Assembly (NCBI GenBank): GCA_013239625.1
Contig: MU057069.1
Coordinates: forward strand, 1,732,018-1,796,017
Direction: 5' to 3'
DNA length: 64,000 nt
Source of the DNA: Lama guanicoe
Taxonomy: Eukaryota
Part shown: positions 62,131 through 64,000 of the stretch, in pieces
How positions within the stretch are numbered: the first letter of the stretch is position 1
How the letters are laid out: each line of letters starts with the position of its first letter
Position numbers and translations under genes: made by a program
Notes under the pieces: generated by a model
Seen by the model: only the letters and a program-made list of their open reading frames with translations
Told to the model about the DNA's origin: nothing
Databases searched by the model: none

Positions 62131-64000
62131 CCTGGGTTTGGCTGTGCGAGAACACAGCTCAGTTTTTAAATAGTCGGAAATTGGAGATGTATTTCAGGAG
62201 TAACATCCTACTCCTATTCACGTTACGAAGAGGTTCAAAAGCAACCAGTACAGGAAGCTCTGAGATACCTCAGCCCTCGAGAAGAATGAGCGGCACCTGC
62301 CCAGCCCCTGCAGGTGTCAGGCCCTGGCCCGCGGGCGTGGGGAGTGCGGGGGAAGGGCCCGTGGCTCCCGGCCGCCCGCAAGAGGCCCGTGCCCGCCCTA
62401 AGGACGCAGAAGCAGAGACATTGCGAGGGACTAATAATTCAAGGCTTAACGTGTATCTTCTGGTGACATGCTGTGCTGACTGTGGGGGAGGGGTAGGAAC
62501 GCTGCCCCGACTTCGGTACAAGGCAGAAGGGGATTAGTGCCAGGAATAAATATCATAACCGAGGGGAAAGTCACCGTCAGGTACACTCTGTGCCTAAGGG
62601 CCGGTTCCTTAAGCCCCTAGGTCTCAGTGTCCTGGCCTCTAAAACCTTCTTTAGTTCAGAGTCATGGCAGAGGCTAAACCACTTTCCAACTTCAGGCACA
62701 TGGCTGACCTCCAAAGGTGTTGTTTGCGTGAGGACTCCCTAGGATCCTAGGTCAAAGCAGAAGGACTTATGGTGGGTTTGTGGTTACATTCCATAAAGCA
62801 AGTCCTCCCCAGCTGTGACATGGGGGCTGTTTAGTAAGTTTCTGGGCCCAAGCTTAACTAGTGAATGGGAGATGTGAGCTGGGAAAGTCCTGTCCGTCCT
62901 TAGCAGCTTGAGAGAGGCAAGGAGTCCACAGTCGAGTGGTAAATAAGCACCAGCCTTTAAGAGCAAGGTGGCCGACCCCAAGGAAAGCAGCGATGCTAGT
63001 ATATTCAGATGCATCCGGAGGGGTCTTTGGAAGCCGGTCCTGGGGGAGAAAGGCTGTAAGAGGAAGTCAGGAGGTTGGAGGGTGTGCTTAGGGGCTCTCT
63101 GGTAACGAGCCTCAGCACAGCTTTCTTGTAAGAACTGCCTAGAGCACTCCAGAGTGGGGCACAGGGAGGGCAGGGGCTGCTAACCATGGGCCCCTCCACC
63201 CCAGGGAAGTGTCAGGGGCCCTGGTGGCCGACGGGGAGGGGCCTTGCTGGGTCAGGGCCGGATGCTCTTGAAGAGGCTGTGCCTGAGAAGTAGTCTGGGG
63301 AAATGACGGTGGTGCTAACAGAGTAGCTACCACAACTGCTGTGGATTCAAAACAGGTGCGAGGGACCAAGCACAGGCATCTCGGTTCATCCACAAAGTGC
63401 TCTAAAGGTGTGTTAGTGCCTCCATTTTACAGATGGCTAAGATGCTGGCCCCAGGGCCACTCAGCCACCCACACGAAGCCTCTGGTCTCGACCGGCACTC
63501 AGGAGACCTCGGTCCCTACCAGTTCTGGGACTTGGTGGTTCAAAATGTTAACGTGAGATTTTTATTCAGAATTTGAAAAGAATCCAACATTCAGCAATAA
63601 CACCCCCAAGGCAGTTGCATGTTGTCTTTCCCTCCTGGTGTGTTTATGACTTCATTACAAGCCCCAGCTTTATCGCTGGCAGAATAATGAGGACACCTCC
63701 TTTTTAAAAAAGAAAAAAACACTTCAGCTATAAATAGATATGACTAAAGAAAATAAGCTGAAGACGTAGGAAGCACACACGAGTAGGGTGCATTGACAGT
63801 TTGCCCTAAAAATAGTTAATACAATTAGCGGCAAAGAGTAAGGCTGACCTCATAACATCGCAGGCGGATATCAGAAAAACAGCCTGTGCTGGTTTCATTA
63901 AAGCTGAAATGACCACAAATGCATGATTGTTCGTAACTGCCCTGTTAAAAGTCAAAAAAAAAAAAAAGGGCAGAAGCGCCACTGATACGTGTGGTGTCGA

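Overview
This is a GC-rich mammalian genomic window syntenic with the human 17p11.2 PEMT-RASD1-MED9 block. About ten tRNA-Ala-derived SINEs with the tail AAATAAATAAACCTAATTACC suggest a camelid (Vic-1-like family). It holds three intact genes. PEMT (+, 7 coding exons, 13424/21735-46051) gives a 199-aa short form and an N-terminally extended long form. RASD1/Dexras1 (+, 2 exons, 49410-50448) gives 275 aa ending in CVIS. MED9 (-, 2 exons, 61918-53629) gives 145 aa and converges on RASD1. The rest is intronic or intergenic: SINE, L1, L2, MIR, MER20 and MER58 remnants, a TG-rich minisatellite before PEMT exon 3, and two assembly gaps. Almost all other ORFs in the track are chance ORFs of GC-rich DNA. 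I found no new gene system. The best leads are regulatory or lineage-specific: two perfect estrogen response elements flanking PEMT exon 1; a GRE-like site about 2.3 kb past the RASD1 poly(A) signal, just downstream of the MED9 stop; possible MED9/RASD1 3' overlap; a PEMT C-terminus CRRS where human has HKRS; a shared GC-box/X-box module at the PEMT and MED9 promoters; four close inverted SINE pairs; and an unexplained exact 25-bp dispersed repeat. Comparisons with human proteins and TE consensus sequences are from memory and need alignment to confirm.
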